Positions 11,263-28,506 of a stretch of DNA of 64,000 nucleotides are shown in pieces. The position numbers and the translations under genes were made by a program. This stretch comes from an uncultured Actinomycetota bacterium (GTDB taxonomy: Bacteria; Actinomycetota; Actinomycetes; JAHEKZ01): NCBI GenBank assembly GCA_963743915.1, contig CAVURN010000002.1, positions 320,001-384,000 on the forward strand, in the 5' to 3' direction. Numbering within the stretch: position 1 is the first letter of the stretch; each line of letters begins with the position of its first letter. The notes beneath the pieces were generated by a model that was not told the DNA's origin, ran no database searches, and saw only the letters and a list, made by a program, of their open reading frames with translations.

Positions 11263-12062
11263 GTCGGACCCTCCTCGATCGCTCGTTGCACCGCTGCGGC
11301 GTCCAGCGGACCGCTCCCCTGGCGCAGCCAGAGGAAGTACTCGACGTTGCCGGCAGGGCCGGGCAACGGGCTGGCGGTGACGCCCGCCGCGCCCCAGCCC
11401 AGCTCGGCCGCCGCTGCCCCGATCCTAAGCACCGCGTCGCGCCGGAGCCTCGGGTCGCGAACCACGCCACCGTCCGGGAGGTGCTGACGCCCGACCTCGA
11501 ACTGCGGCTTGACCATGAGCAGCAGGTCGCCTGAGGGTGCGCACACCCCGGCCAGTGCCGGCAGCACCAGCCGCAGCGAGATGAAGGAGAGGTCGGCGAC
11601 CACGAGATCGACCGGTCCTCCGACCAGGTCGAGCGTGAGGTCACGGACGTTGGTCCTGTCACGGACCTGGACGCGGGGATCCTGCTGCAGCCGCCATGCG
11701 AGCTGGCCGTACCCGACGTCCACCGCGACCACCTCGCGGGCTCCCTCGCGCAGCAGGACGTCGGTGAACCCGCCCGTGCTCGCGCCGGCGTCCAGGCAGC
11801 GTCGTCCGCGCACGACGAGACCGTGTCGCGTGAAGGCGGCCAGCGCTCCCAGCAGCTTGGTGGCGCCGCGGGAGGCGAAGGGCTGCTCGGCGTCCGCGGC
11901 GACCACGACGATCGCTGCGCCCTCGTCGACCTGCGTGGCCACCTTGCGAGCGGCGATGCCCCCGACCGTCACCTCACCGGCCTCCACCAGGTCGGCGGCG
12001 TGCTGCCGGGACCGCGCCAGGCCACGACGGACCAGCTCGGCGTCGAGCCGTCGGCGGGCCAT
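11259..12062 (-). CDS. tlyA: TlyA rRNA 2'-O-methyltransferase
   Basis: S4 domain RLDAELVRRGLARSR, DAGASTGGFT, KPQFE, GNVEY. Confidence 0.95.
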   Translation of the reverse strand: MARRRLDAELVRRGLARSRQHAADLVEAGEVTVGGIAARKVATQVDEGAAIVVVAADAEQPFASRGATKLLGALAAFTRHGLVVRGRRCLDAGASTGGFTDVLLREGAREVVAVDVGYGQLAWRLQQDPRVQVRDRTNVRDLTLDLVGGPVDLVVADLSFISLRLVLPALAGVCAPSGDLLLMVKPQFEVGRQHLPDGGVVRDPRLRRDAVLRIGAAAAELGWGAAGVTASPLPGPAGNVEYFLWLRQGSGPLDAAAVQRAIEEGPT

Positions 12063-12089
12063 CGGGGGCGGTCTCGACCGTCGCGGCGG

Positions 12090-12377
12090 TCAGCCGTCGC
12101 CCCCGGCGATCGGCGTACCCGCCGATTCCACCGGGGCGGCCATCGTCGACGCCAGTGACTCGAGCACCTGCTCGTAGACCTCGGCGTGCTCGCTCACCGG
12201 ACGCTCCGTGAGCGCCTCGAGTGGACGGAGCGCGGCGTCGACGTCCGCTGCGCCGGTCGACACGACCCCGAGGTCGAGCTCGGACTGGCCGTCGGCTCGC
12301 GGACCGACGCGCGGGGTCTCGTCCGGCGTGTCCTGCTCTGCGACGCTCTCGGGGACCTCGGCCCTGTCTTCGGTCAC
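12090..12377 (-). CDS. Small acidic hypothetical protein upstream of tlyA
   Basis: GC-biased ORF; TG..DVDAAL..L..L...PV.EHAEVYE pattern recalled from this position in actinobacteria. Confidence 0.65.
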   Translation of the reverse strand: MTEDRAEVPESVAEQDTPDETPRVGPRADGQSELDLGVVSTGAADVDAALRPLEALTERPVSEHAEVYEQVLESLASTMAAPVESAGTPIAGGDG

Positions 12378-12440
12378 GACGCCGGCTCCTCCTGGTCCAC
12401 CCGCTGTTGCCCTGCCCGGAAGGCCCCGGGCGGTCTCACG

Positions 12441-12836
12441 CTAGCGGCTCGACGCCCGTGCCTTCAGCGTGGCCCGCACCTGACGCAGCTGCTCGACGTA
12501 GTCGTCCCGGTCCGGACGCATGGCGACGGCCAGCGCCAGGTGCTCGGCCGCGGCAGCGAAGCGTCCCTGCCGGGCGAGAGCCAGACCGAGCCCGAGGTGG
12601 GCGTAGTCGTCGTCCGGCTGCTGCTGCACCAGCTGGCTGAAGTCCGCCTCGGCGGCGGCGTACTGCCGGGCCGCGAGCCGGGCGCGGCCGAGGGTCTCCC
12701 GCACGTGGCGGGCCTGCGGCTCTGCGTCCGCGACGCGTTCCAGGAGTGTCACGGCTGCCATGGGATGGCCGTCGTCGAGCAGCCGGCACCCGCGTCGGTA
12801 CCAGTCGTAGACGTCCCCGGTCGGCTCGCCTTCCAT
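12441..12836 (-). CDS. Tetratricopeptide repeat protein
   Basis: TPR-like helices (ETLGRA...AEADF, PDDDYAHLGLGLAL); TACCCT -10 six nt before the ATG (leaderless). Confidence 0.8.
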   Translation of the reverse strand: MEGEPTGDVYDWYRRGCRLLDDGHPMAAVTLLERVADAEPQARHVRETLGRARLAARQYAAAEADFSQLVQQQPDDDYAHLGLGLALARQGRFAAAAEHLALAVAMRPDRDDYVEQLRQVRATLKARASSR

Positions 12837-12866
12837 CCCTCGAGGGTACGTCGCCCCGCCCGCGGG

Positions 12867-13223
12867 TCAGCGGAGGCGCCGGGCCTGGGCCACCTCCACG
12901 TCGTAGCGGCTCCGGGCACCCGCGGGGGTGCGCCAGAACCGCCGTCTGAGGCAGCCGCTCAGGCTGACCACGTCCCCGGGTTGCCAGCGCTCCACGCGTC
13001 GCGCGAGTCCGGCGGTCCACACCGAGCACTCGATGGTGTCGACCGTGGGTGCCGATCCGGCAGCGTGCCTGCGCGCGGGACGGTCCACCACCACGCGAAG
13101 GCTGACGAGCTCGTCGCCACTGGGCAGGGTGATGCGACGCGGGGCCGCGGCCAGTCGACCCGTCAGGCGAATCTCGTTCTCGGGAGGGGGCACAGCTGAC
13201 GGCTGCTTCGGCGACGGTGGCAT
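12867..13223 (-). CDS. Single-stranded DNA-binding protein paralog (OB fold, no acidic tail)
   Basis: NEIRLTGRL, LPSGDELVSLRVVV, CSVW, GDVVSLSGCLRRRFW; ATG 13223 with GGAGGA SD. Confidence 0.8.
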   Translation of the reverse strand: MPPSPKQPSAVPPPENEIRLTGRLAAAPRRITLPSGDELVSLRVVVDRPARRHAAGSAPTVDTIECSVWTAGLARRVERWQPGDVVSLSGCLRRRFWRTPAGARSRYDVEVAQARRLR

Positions 13224-13388
13224 GGAGTCCTCCTCGGACGTGCGGAACGTGCGGGATCCCAGGCTCCTCACCGCAGGGGACGTCCGACACCGCATGCCTG
13301 CCGACCTGGGGACGACCAAGGGGTGAGCGCACTGGGGACAGACGCCGGCTGATGGCGCGGTTCGCCGTGATCCGTGCCGGCCATCGAG

Positions 13389-13419
13389 TACGGTATTTCC
13401 CACTTGCTGGGCGGGAATT
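13389..13419 (+). promoter_or_regulatory. Possible -10 plus 25-bp imperfect palindrome (Rrf2-type operator?)
   Basis: TACGGT followed by ATTTCCCAC-N7-GCGGGAATT, an AT-rich patch upstream of the TauE gene. Confidence 0.4.
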
Positions 13420-13461
13420 CCCCCGCTCGCTGCGGAAAAGCCGAGCACGGAGGGGACGCGG

Positions 13462-14535
13462 GTGGACACCACCGTCGATCTCGGGGCCTTCGACCTCGAC
13501 CTCGGGCTCGTGGTCGCCGGTGTCGTCGTCGGGTTCGTCGTCGGGCTGACCGGCATGGGCGGCGGCGCCTTGATGACGCCGTTGCTGATCCTCTTCTTCG
13601 GGATCGACCCCGTCACCGCGGTGAGCAGCGACCTGATCGTCTCGCTCTTCATGAAGCCGGTCGGCGCCGCCGTGCACCTCCGCCGCGGCACGGTGAACCT
13701 TGTCCTGGTCCGCTGGCTGGTGATCGGCTCGGTGCCGGCCGCGATCGGTGGCGTCCTGATCATCACCTCGATCGGCGAGAGCGCCAGTGTCGAGACCTTC
13801 ATCAAGGTCGCGCTGGGCGTGGCCCTGCTGCTGTCGGTGGCGACGATGGTCGGCAAGGCTTTGGTGTCGCTGCGCCAGCACTACCGCGACCAGGCGGCGG
13901 GCATCATCGGCCAGAGTGGCGACTCGGTGTTCGGGATCACCGTCAAGCCGGTCCCCACGATGATCGTCGGGATCCTCGGGGGCGTCGTGGTCGGCATGAC
14001 GTCGGTCGGGTCGGGATCGCTCATCATCGTCGGGTTGCTGCTGCTCTACCCGACGCTCCGCGCCGGCGGACTGGTCGGCACCGACCTGGTGCAGGCGGTG
14101 CCCCTGGTCGGGGCCGCGGCGCTGACGTACATCGTGCTCGGCGAGTTCCACGCCGACGTGACCCTCGCCCTGCTCATCGGTGCGCTGCCCGGCGTGTACC
14201 TGGGGGCCCGCGTCTCGTCGCGCGGCCAGGCGGGGATCATCCGACGGGCGCTCGTGCTGGTGCTCTTCGCGAGCGGCCTGAAGCTGGTCGGTCTCAGTCC
14301 AGAGGCCGTGGGGATCGCGGCGTTGGCGCTGGTGCTCGTCGGGCCCGTCCTGTGGGCGGTGGTCCGCAGCACCCAAGGGTTCCAGCGTGCACCGTCGCGC
14401 AACCCCGACGTCCCGCTGTGGCGGTTGGTGTGGGCCGCGGCCAGCGGTGTCCCACCGCGCTACCAGGGTGAGTCGATCACCGACGAGCCGAAGCCGGAGT
14501 GGGACCCCGAGCGGTCGGCCTCCGACCCGCTCTAG
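13462..14535 (+). CDS. Sulfite exporter TauE/SafE (TSUP) family protein
   Basis: GLTGMGGGALMTP, AVSSDL, GMTSVGSGS, LVGTDLVQAVPL; two repeated TM halves. Confidence 0.9.
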   Translation: MDTTVDLGAFDLDLGLVVAGVVVGFVVGLTGMGGGALMTPLLILFFGIDPVTAVSSDLIVSLFMKPVGAAVHLRRGTVNLVLVRWLVIGSVPAAIGGVLIITSIGESASVETFIKVALGVALLLSVATMVGKALVSLRQHYRDQAAGIIGQSGDSVFGITVKPVPTMIVGILGGVVVGMTSVGSGSLIIVGLLLLYPTLRAGGLVGTDLVQAVPLVGAAALTYIVLGEFHADVTLALLIGALPGVYLGARVSSRGQAGIIRRALVLVLFASGLKLVGLSPEAVGIAALALVLVGPVLWAVVRSTQGFQRAPSRNPDVPLWRLVWAAASGVPPRYQGESITDEPKPEWDPERSASDPL

Positions 14536-14550
14536 CCCTCGACGCGTCTC

Positions 14551-15274
14551 TCAGCCCTCGACGCGCTCGGCGGCGTCCGTGACACCGTCGACGTCCGCCT
14601 CCGCCACCTGCCGGAACCATCGGGCCGCCTCTTCGCCCCGACCCACCCGCGAGAGCGTCTCGGCGTAGGCGTACCGGAGGCGCAGTGCCGAGACGCTCGG
14701 CGCGGCACGTAAGGACCCTTCGGGACGTTGCAGTGCAGGATCCTGCTCGAGCAGGTGCAGCGCGGCCTCGTCCTGACCCAGGTCACTCCGCGCACCTGCG
14801 GCGACGATCCGCAGCTCCCGCTGGACGTCCGGAGGCAGGGTCGAGGCCTCGGGCGAGGCCACGAGCTCGAGAGCACGCTCCGGGCGGCCGAGCCCGCGCT
14901 CGCAGTCGGCCATGAGCGGAAGGTGCGACTGGTCGCCGCTGAGCCGGCGGTAGGCCCGCAGCTCGGCCAGTGCCGTCTCGAAGTCTCCGCAGGCATAGGC
15001 GGTCAGCGCCATCGCCTCGCGCACGACCGCGACCCGCGAGGCGAGTCGCCGTGCGACCTGTGGCATGCTCCCGAGCCTGCTCCGGATCCTCGTCGACGAG
15101 CAGTCCGGCCATCGCCAGGTGCCCTCCGACTCGCTCGGCCATCTCCTTGGGGAGCGAGCGCAGCGCGGCTCGCGCGTCGCGGTCGAGAGCGAACCAGGTG
15201 ACGTCTTCGGGGACCTCCGGCTCACGGGGGCGCTCCTCGCGGCTGCGCGGCCGGCCGTGCGGGGTCTGAGCCAT
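14551..15274 (-). CDS. TPR-like conserved actinobacterial protein downstream of rrn (apparent +1 frameshift near 15060)
   Basis: N-terminal LD...RAALRSLPK..AERV..HL..AG in one frame, C-terminal VVREA..YACGDF..ALAELRA..ADCERGLGRP in the next; span is 3n+1. Confidence 0.75.
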
Positions 15275-15332
15275 GGTCGCTCCTGGCGGTTGCGGGGTCG
15301 TGAGGGGGCGTGGCGAACAGGGTCCTGACATG

Positions 15333-15365
15333 CGACGAGGGGCCACCGGTGGTGGCCCCTCGTCG
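15333..15365 (-). terminator. rrn operon terminator hairpin
   Basis: Perfect 15-bp inverted repeat CGACGAGGGGCCACC-ggt-GGTGGCCCCTCGTCG just past the 5S 3' end. Confidence 0.75.
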
Positions 15366-15375
15366 AGAAGAATGT

Positions 15376-15492
15376 TCGGCGGCGTCCTACTCTCCCACGC
15401 AGTCTCCCACGCAGTACCATCGGCGCTGAAGGGCTTAGCTTCCGGGTTCGGAATGGGACCGGGCGTTTCCCCTTCGCTATGGCCACCGAAAC
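15376..15492 (-). rRNA. rrf: 5S rRNA
   Basis: Reverse complement GTTTCGGTGGCCATAGCGAAGGGGAAACGCCCGGTCCCATTCCGAACCCGGAAGCTAAG...GAGTAGGACGCCGCCGAAC. Confidence 0.97.
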
Positions 15493-15595
15493 TCTATGGA
15501 GTTGTCCGGGCCGACGACCGGTGAAGGTCGAGGGCGGCCGACCGCAACTCGGGAACCGCACAGTGGACGCTTGAATACACGCAAATCTTGGTAAG

Positions 15596-18716
<3,121 letters not shown>

Positions 18717-19153
18717 ACATTGACCACAAATTGATTTGTTTGGATGCTCGCGTCCACTGTGCAGTTCTCAAGGTACGGGCGGCGCGCAGTCCGTCGATCT
18801 CCCGGGTGCCGTGACGCGCACGGTCCTGCGGAAAGCGACTGCGGCCCACCGGTCCAGCGCCCCGAGGGGCGCCGGCCGGTCTGAAGGAGAGACACCGCGA
18901 GCACCTGCGCCGCCACCCGGAGGTGGAGCGAGGTGCTCGAAGCGGCCCGAACCCTCAGGACCCAACAGTGTGTCGGATGGCGTTCTCCACCTCGAGGTTC
19001 CACACGGCCGGCGAACCGGACGCAGTACTGACGAGGCGGGTGCAGCCACCCACTCAGCGATGTTCCACCCATGAGCAACCTCGGTGGGACGTGTGCCCAC
19101 TCAAAAGGCTCTGGACAGTCCGGACGCGCGACGGCGCCGAGCTGCCAGGTGCT

Positions 19154-20678
<1,525 letters not shown>

Positions 20679-20899
20679 AAAAACTTTGAGTTGCTGCGGA
20701 CCGGTCGAGACCGGGCGCAGTGATCCCGCGACCATCGCACGCGATGGTCGGTTCTCGTTTTGCTCGCATCCACCCGGACGGGGCCGGATGTCACGAGCGC
20801 CAAATGCTTGGCATCGCTGTTTGACACACTGTTGAGTTCTCAAGGTTCGAGCGCGCACTGAGCCAGGCCGTTTCCGGCCGTTTTCAGGGCAACCCAGTC

Positions 20900-20928
20900 A
20901 GGCTACCACCCTTGGCAGGGCGGTCCAA
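20900..20928 (-). promoter_or_regulatory. rrn proximal sigma-A promoter
   Basis: TTGGAC-17 bp-TAGCCT (with extended TG); boxA-like CTTGAGAAC downstream at about 20836-20844. Confidence 0.7.
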
Positions 20929-21179
20929 ATCGGGTCCGACGGTGCAGGAGCAGCTCTCGTGAGCGCGCACCTCGCGACGTCGGGACCCGAACGCTAGCAC
21001 GCGACGCGTGCTGCTCCCCTCGCGGGGTCGGGTCGTTGCTGAGGACCACCGACAGTGGTCGTTGTGGTGCTGTGTCACCCGCACGAACCCGCACGATCCA
21101 GGGCGCTCGGCGGGGGACGGTGACCGCTCCAGACCGGCCGCACCCGAGGGGCGTCCGTTCCTCATGGAGGGCGTCGCAG

Positions 21180-21208
21180 ACCCTATGTCGCTGGGGGTGG
21201 AGCGTCAA
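21180..21208 (-). promoter_or_regulatory. rrn distal sigma-A promoter
   Basis: TTGACG-17 bp-TAGGGT preceded by an AAAA tract. Confidence 0.65.
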
Positions 21209-21242
21209 ATGCGTTTTCCGGCGCCGCTCGGGGGGCCGGTGG

Positions 21243-22534
21243 TCAGACGACCTCGACGCCTGCCACGGCGCGCTTGCCCCGGCGCAGCACCAGCCAGCGG
21301 CCGTGGACGAGGTCGCCGGCCGCCGGCCGGTGGTCGGGGTCGGACTGCCGGACGTTGTTCAGGTACGCCCCGCCCTCGCTCACCGCACGGCGGGCGGCGG
21401 ACTTGCTCGGCGAGAGCTCGGTGGCGACCAGCAGGTCCACCAAGGGCGGCAGCTCACCGGCCGGCACCCGCACGTGTGGCGTCTCGAGAAGTGCAGCACC
21501 CAGGGTCTCCGCGTCGAGGCCGGCGAGATCGCCCTTGCCGAACAGGGCAGCGCTCGCAGCCTCCACCCGTGCCGTGTGGTCTGCGCCGTGCACCAAGGTG
21601 GTGAGTTCCTGGGCCAGCGCCCTCTGGCCCGCCCGCAGATGGGGACGCTCCCGCGTGTCGCTGTCGAGGCCCTCGATCTGCTCGTGCGGCAGGAAGGTGA
21701 ACATGCGCAGCAGCCCGGGCACGTCACGGTCGTCGGCGTTGATCCAGAACTGGTAGAAGGCGTACGGGCTGGTCAGCGCCGGATCGAGCCAGATCGCCCC
21801 TCCCTCGGTCTTGCCGAACTTGGTTCCGTCGGACTTGGTGAACAGGGTCGTGGTCAGCGCGTGCACGCGCTCTCCGGTGACCCGACGGATGAGGTCGACC
21901 CCGGCGGTGATGTTGCCCCACTGGTCCGAGCCGCCGGTCTGCAGCACGCAATGGTGACGACGGAACAGCTCGAGGTAGTCGTACGACTGAAGCAGCTGGT
22001 AGCTGAACTCGGTGTAGCTGATGCCCGCACCGGTCAGGCGCGCGGCCACCGCCTCCCGGTCGAGCATCCGGTTGACGCTGAAGTGCTTGCCGACGTCACG
22101 CAGGAAGTCGAGTGCGGAGAGGGTGGACGTCCACTCGTAGTTGTCGACGACGATCGCGCCGGTCACGGCGTCGTCGACGTCGAGGTAGCGCGCCACCTGT
22201 CGGCGGATCCGCGTCGACCCACTCCCCGACCACGTCGGCGTCGTTCAGGGTGCGCTCGGCGGTCATCTTGGGGTCGCCGATCAACCCGGTCGCCCCGCCG
22301 ACCAAGGCCAAGCGGCCGGTGACCGGAGAGCTGGAACCTGCGCAGGGTGATCAGCTGCACGAGGTTGCCCAGGTGCAGGCTCGGTCCGGTCGGATCGACT
22401 CCGCAGTACAGGGTGAGGGGTCCCTCGTCGAGGGCGGAGCGCAGGGCGCCGAGGTCGGTGGAGTCGGCGATCAGGCCACGCCAGGTGAGGTCCTCGAGGA
22501 CGCCGGAGGATGCAGGTGCGGTCACGGGGGTCAT
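21243..22534 (-). CDS. tyrS: Tyrosine--tRNA ligase (two apparent +1 frameshifts near 22310 and 22215, probably sequencing errors)
   Basis: [44 protein letters not shown] and the S4 domain are split over three frames; span is 3n+2. Confidence 0.93.
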
Positions 22535-23139
22535 CTTGGCGCATCGGCGCTCACGACCCGGGGGCGGCTGACGGACGGCGCGTCCTGGACCCACCACCGC
22601 CACGGCCGGTCGAGCGCCTCCCGGATGCCGATGCGAGGTCCGGAGGCGACACGCGCAGGGGACACACGTCTGCCGGTCTCCAGCCGCACGGATCCCCCGG
22701 CGTCCAGCAGGTCAGATCCGTCGAGGGCCCCGTCGAGGCCGAGGCACTTCGCCAGGTTCGCCGGCCCCCGGGCGAGTGCGGCGTCCGAGGCGGCGGTCGG
22801 TCGCCGGCTGCGCGCAAGCTCCAGACCCTCGACCACGGCTCCGGCGCGCAGCAGCACCGCGGACGCCGCACCTGCCGGCCCGGTCACGACGTTGGCGCAC
22901 CAGTGCATGCCGTACGTGAAGTACACGTACAGCGTGCCGGCCTGCGCGAACATCGAGGCGTTCCGCCGAGTCGCTCCGCGGTGTGCATGGGAGGCAGGGT
23001 CTTCACCTGTCCCGCCATACGCCTCCACCTCGGTCAGCCGGACCGTCACGGTCCCGTCGTCAGTGGTGTGGGTCAGCAGCGCTCCCAGCAGCCGGGGTGC
23101 GACGTCCTCCGCGGGCCTGTTCAGCGCTGAGCGACGCAC
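22531..23139 (-). CDS. mpg: DNA-3-methyladenine glycosylase (MPG/AAG family)
   Basis: [41 protein letters not shown]. Confidence 0.92.
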   Translation of the reverse strand: MRRSALNRPAEDVAPRLLGALLTHTTDDGTVTVRLTEVEAYGGTGEDPASHAHRGATRRNASMFAQAGTLYVYFTYGMHWCANVVTGPAGAASAVLLRAGAVVEGLELARSRRPTAASDAALARGPANLAKCLGLDGALDGSDLLDAGGSVRLETGRRVSPARVASGPRIGIREALDRPWRWWVQDAPSVSRPRVVSADAPR

Positions 23140-23143
23140 GGCA

Positions 23144-25798
<2,655 letters not shown>

Positions 25799-25799
<1 letters not shown>

Positions 25800-26386
25800 C
25801 AGGTTCTCCCTTTGCTGGAGGGCTCTGTTGCGAGCCCGACGGTGACAGCCCCGACGGTGACAGCGGAGTGCGGCTCGAGCCCGGTGCGGGCACGCTCCGC
25901 GGCGGCGAGCAGCTCGTCGGCGACGTTGGCGCCGCCGTCCGGCTCTCGCGTCACGAGCAGGACGGTGTCGTCACCGGCGATGGTGCCGATCACCGAGCTG
26001 AGCAGGCTGTGGTCGATCGAGGACGCCAGGAAGTGGGCCCCTCCCGGGGGTGTCCGCAGGACCACGAGGTTCCCGGAGTGGTCGGCGGACACCAGGAGCT
26101 CCGCCAGTCGACGCACCATGCGTTCCATGGCGGCGTGCTCCTCCTCCGACGCCACCGAGGCGCGCGCGCCACCCTCCGGTGGCACCGCGTAGACCAGGTG
26201 CCCGTCGGACGTGCGGACACGAACGGCGCCGAGCTCGTCGAGGTCGCGGGACAAGGTCGCCTGTGTCACGGCCACGCCGTCGTCGGCCAGCAGTCGCGCG
26301 AGCTCGGACTGCGAGCGGATCTCGTGACGACCCAGGAGCTCGACGACCCGCTGCTGACGCGCGGCCTTGGTGCGGGGCAGGGTCAT
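25799..26386 (-). CDS. argR: Arginine repressor
   Basis: [35 protein letters not shown]; ATG preceded by GGAGG. Confidence 0.95.
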
Positions 26387-27280
26387 CGGCTGACCTCCTC
26401 GAGCGGGTCCGCCAGCACGAGGGTGCCGATCCCCTCGTCGGTGAAGACCTCGAGCAGCAGGGCGTGCGGCGACCCGCCCGTCGAGGACGTGCGCCCGCTC
26501 CACCCCCCCATCGACTGCAGACAGGCACGCTGTCATCTTCGGGATCATCCCGGCCTGGAGGGTAGGGACCATCGTCCGCAGCTCCGAGGCGCTGATCTCG
26601 CTGATCAGCGACGACTCGTCGGGCCAGTCGGCGTACAGCCCGGGCACGTCGGTGAGCACCACGAGCTTGTCCGCGGCCAGCTGCACGGCCAGCGCGGCTG
26701 CGGCGGTGTCGGCATTGAGGTTGTACGTGAGCCCGTCCTCACCCCGGGCCACGCTCGAGACCACGGGGACCAGGCCGTCGTCGAGGACGGTGCGCACGAA
26801 CCCGTCGTCGACCGCCACGAGCTCTCCCACGTGGCCGAGGTCCACTTCTTCCCCGTCGTCGGCGACGACACGCCTGCGCGCCGTGAACAGGTGGGCGTCC
26901 TCACCCGACATGCCGACGGCAAGCGGCCCGTGCTGGTTGATGAGCCCGACCACCTGCCGCTGCACCTGGCCGGTGAGCACCATCCGCACGACGTCCATCG
27001 CCTCGGGGGTGGTGACCCGGAGCCCACCGACGAACTCCGACGGGACGCCCAGCGTGTCGAGCATGGCCGAGATCTGCGGCCCGCCGCCGTGCACGACCAC
27101 CGGTCGCAGGCCCACCCGGCGCAGGAACACGACGTCCGCAGCGAAGGACGCCTGCAGCTCGGGATCGACCATCGCGTGGCCGCCGTACTTCACGACAACC
27201 GTCGCGCCGCTGTACCGCTCGAGCCAGGGCAGGGCCTCGGCGAGGGTGGCGGCCTTCACGGCGAGCGAGGGCGTGGTCAT
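26383..27280 (-). CDS. argB: Acetylglutamate kinase (apparent +1 frameshift near 26470; as read it runs in frame into argR)
   Basis: [31 protein letters not shown]; the native C-terminus [16 protein letters not shown] lies in the shifted frame and ends at a TGA overlapping the argR ATG. Confidence 0.93.
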
Positions 27281-28506
27281 GACGAGTACGCCGAGTTCTC
27301 GTGCACGTAGGCAGCGGTCAGGTCGTTGGTCCAGACGTGCCCCTCGGCGTCCCCCGCCCCGAGGTCCACGTCGACCGTGACCCAGGCGTCGCGCATGTCC
27401 ACCTGGGGCAGCGTCCCGGAGGCCGCCGCACCTCCCGCGGCGACGGTGACACCGTTGATCGCCACGTCGACCTGGTGAGGATCGAACTCCGCCTCCGTGG
27501 TGCCGACCGCAGCCAGCACCCGGCCCCAGTTCGGATCCTCTCCGTGGACCGCGCACTTGAACAGGTTGCTGCGCGCCACCGACCGGGCCACCGTGACCGC
27601 ATCGTCGCGTGACACCGCGCCGCGCACCCGGATCTCGATCTGCTTGGTGGCGCCCTCGGCATCGGCGAGAAGCTGCAGCGCGAGGTCACCGCACACAGCG
27701 GCCAAGGCCTCGGTGAACGCTGCTTCGTCGAGGTCGCGCCCGACCAGGCTCCCGGACGCGCCGCTGGCGAGGACGAGCACGGTGTCGTTCGTCGACATGC
27801 ACCCGTCGGAGTCCAGACGGTCGAACGTCCCGGAGACGGCCGACCGGAGCGCGGCGTCCAGCGTGGCCGGCGCCGCGTCGGCGTCGGTGGTGATCACGGC
27901 GAGCATCGTGGCCAGCCCGGGGGCCAGCATCCCTGCTCCCTTGGCCATGCCGCTGACCGTGACTCCTTGCACCGAGACGGTCGCGGTCTTCGGGCGGGTG
28001 TCGGTCGTCAGGATCGCGCCCGCGGCGTCGGCACCTCCCGCGGGCCGCAGGGCGGCAGCCGCAGCGGCGACACCGGCACTGAGGCGCTGCACCGGGAGCC
28101 GCACCCCGATGAGCCCGGTCGAGCACACGGCGACGTCCTGCGCATCGCACCCGAGCTGCGCAGCGACGGCGTGCGCCGTCATGACGACGTCCGCCTCGCC
28201 GGCAGCGCCCGTGCATGCGTTGGCGCCCCCGGAGTTCAGGACCACCGCGCGCAGTCTCCCGTCGGCCACCACGCGACGCGTCCAGACGACCGGTGCCGCC
28301 TGGACCCGGTTGCGCGTCAGCACGGCAGCAGCGGCATGCACCGGCCCGTCGTTGACCACCAGGGCGACATCCAGCGCACCCGACTGCTTGAGGCCGGCGG
28401 CCACGCCGGCGGCCCGGAACCCGGACGGCTCGGTGACCCCTGCGGTGTCCCGGGCGACGGGGACCCCGGCGACGGTGAACGGTGTCGGCGGCCTCGTCTT
28501 GTTCAT
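27277..28506 (-). CDS. argJ: Ornithine acetyltransferase ArgJ
   Basis: [45 protein letters not shown]. Confidence 0.95.
   Translation of the reverse strand: MNKTRPPTPFTVAGVPVARDTAGVTEPSGFRAAGVAAGLKQSGALDVALVVNDGPVHAAAAVLTRNRVQAAPVVWTRRVVADGRLRAVVLNSGGANACTGAAGEADVVMTAHAVAAQLGCDAQDVAVCSTGLIGVRLPVQRLSAGVAAAAAALRPAGGADAAGAILTTDTRPKTATVSVQGVTVSGMAKGAGMLAPGLATMLAVITTDADAAPATLDAALRSAVSGTFDRLDSDGCMSTNDTVLVLASGASGSLVGRDLDEAAFTEALAAVCGDLALQLLADAEGATKQIEIRVRGAVSRDDAVTVARSVARSNLFKCAVHGEDPNWGRVLAAVGTTEAEFDPHQVDVAINGVTVAAGGAAASGTLPQVDMRDAWVTVDVDLGAGDAEGHVWTNDLTAAYVHENSAYSS

Noticed and set aside
13255-13300. TGTCGG upstream of the SSB paralog as a PafBC promoter
   Set aside because: No TANNNT element ten bases downstream.
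21243-22534. tyrS as a pseudogene or programmed frameshift
   Set aside because: Essential gene with all motifs intact, no slippery heptamer seen, and the same indel pattern across the window.
25835-25864. 15-bp duplication in the argR tail (AVTVG twice)
   Set aside because: In-frame duplication in a low-complexity tail with no sign of function.
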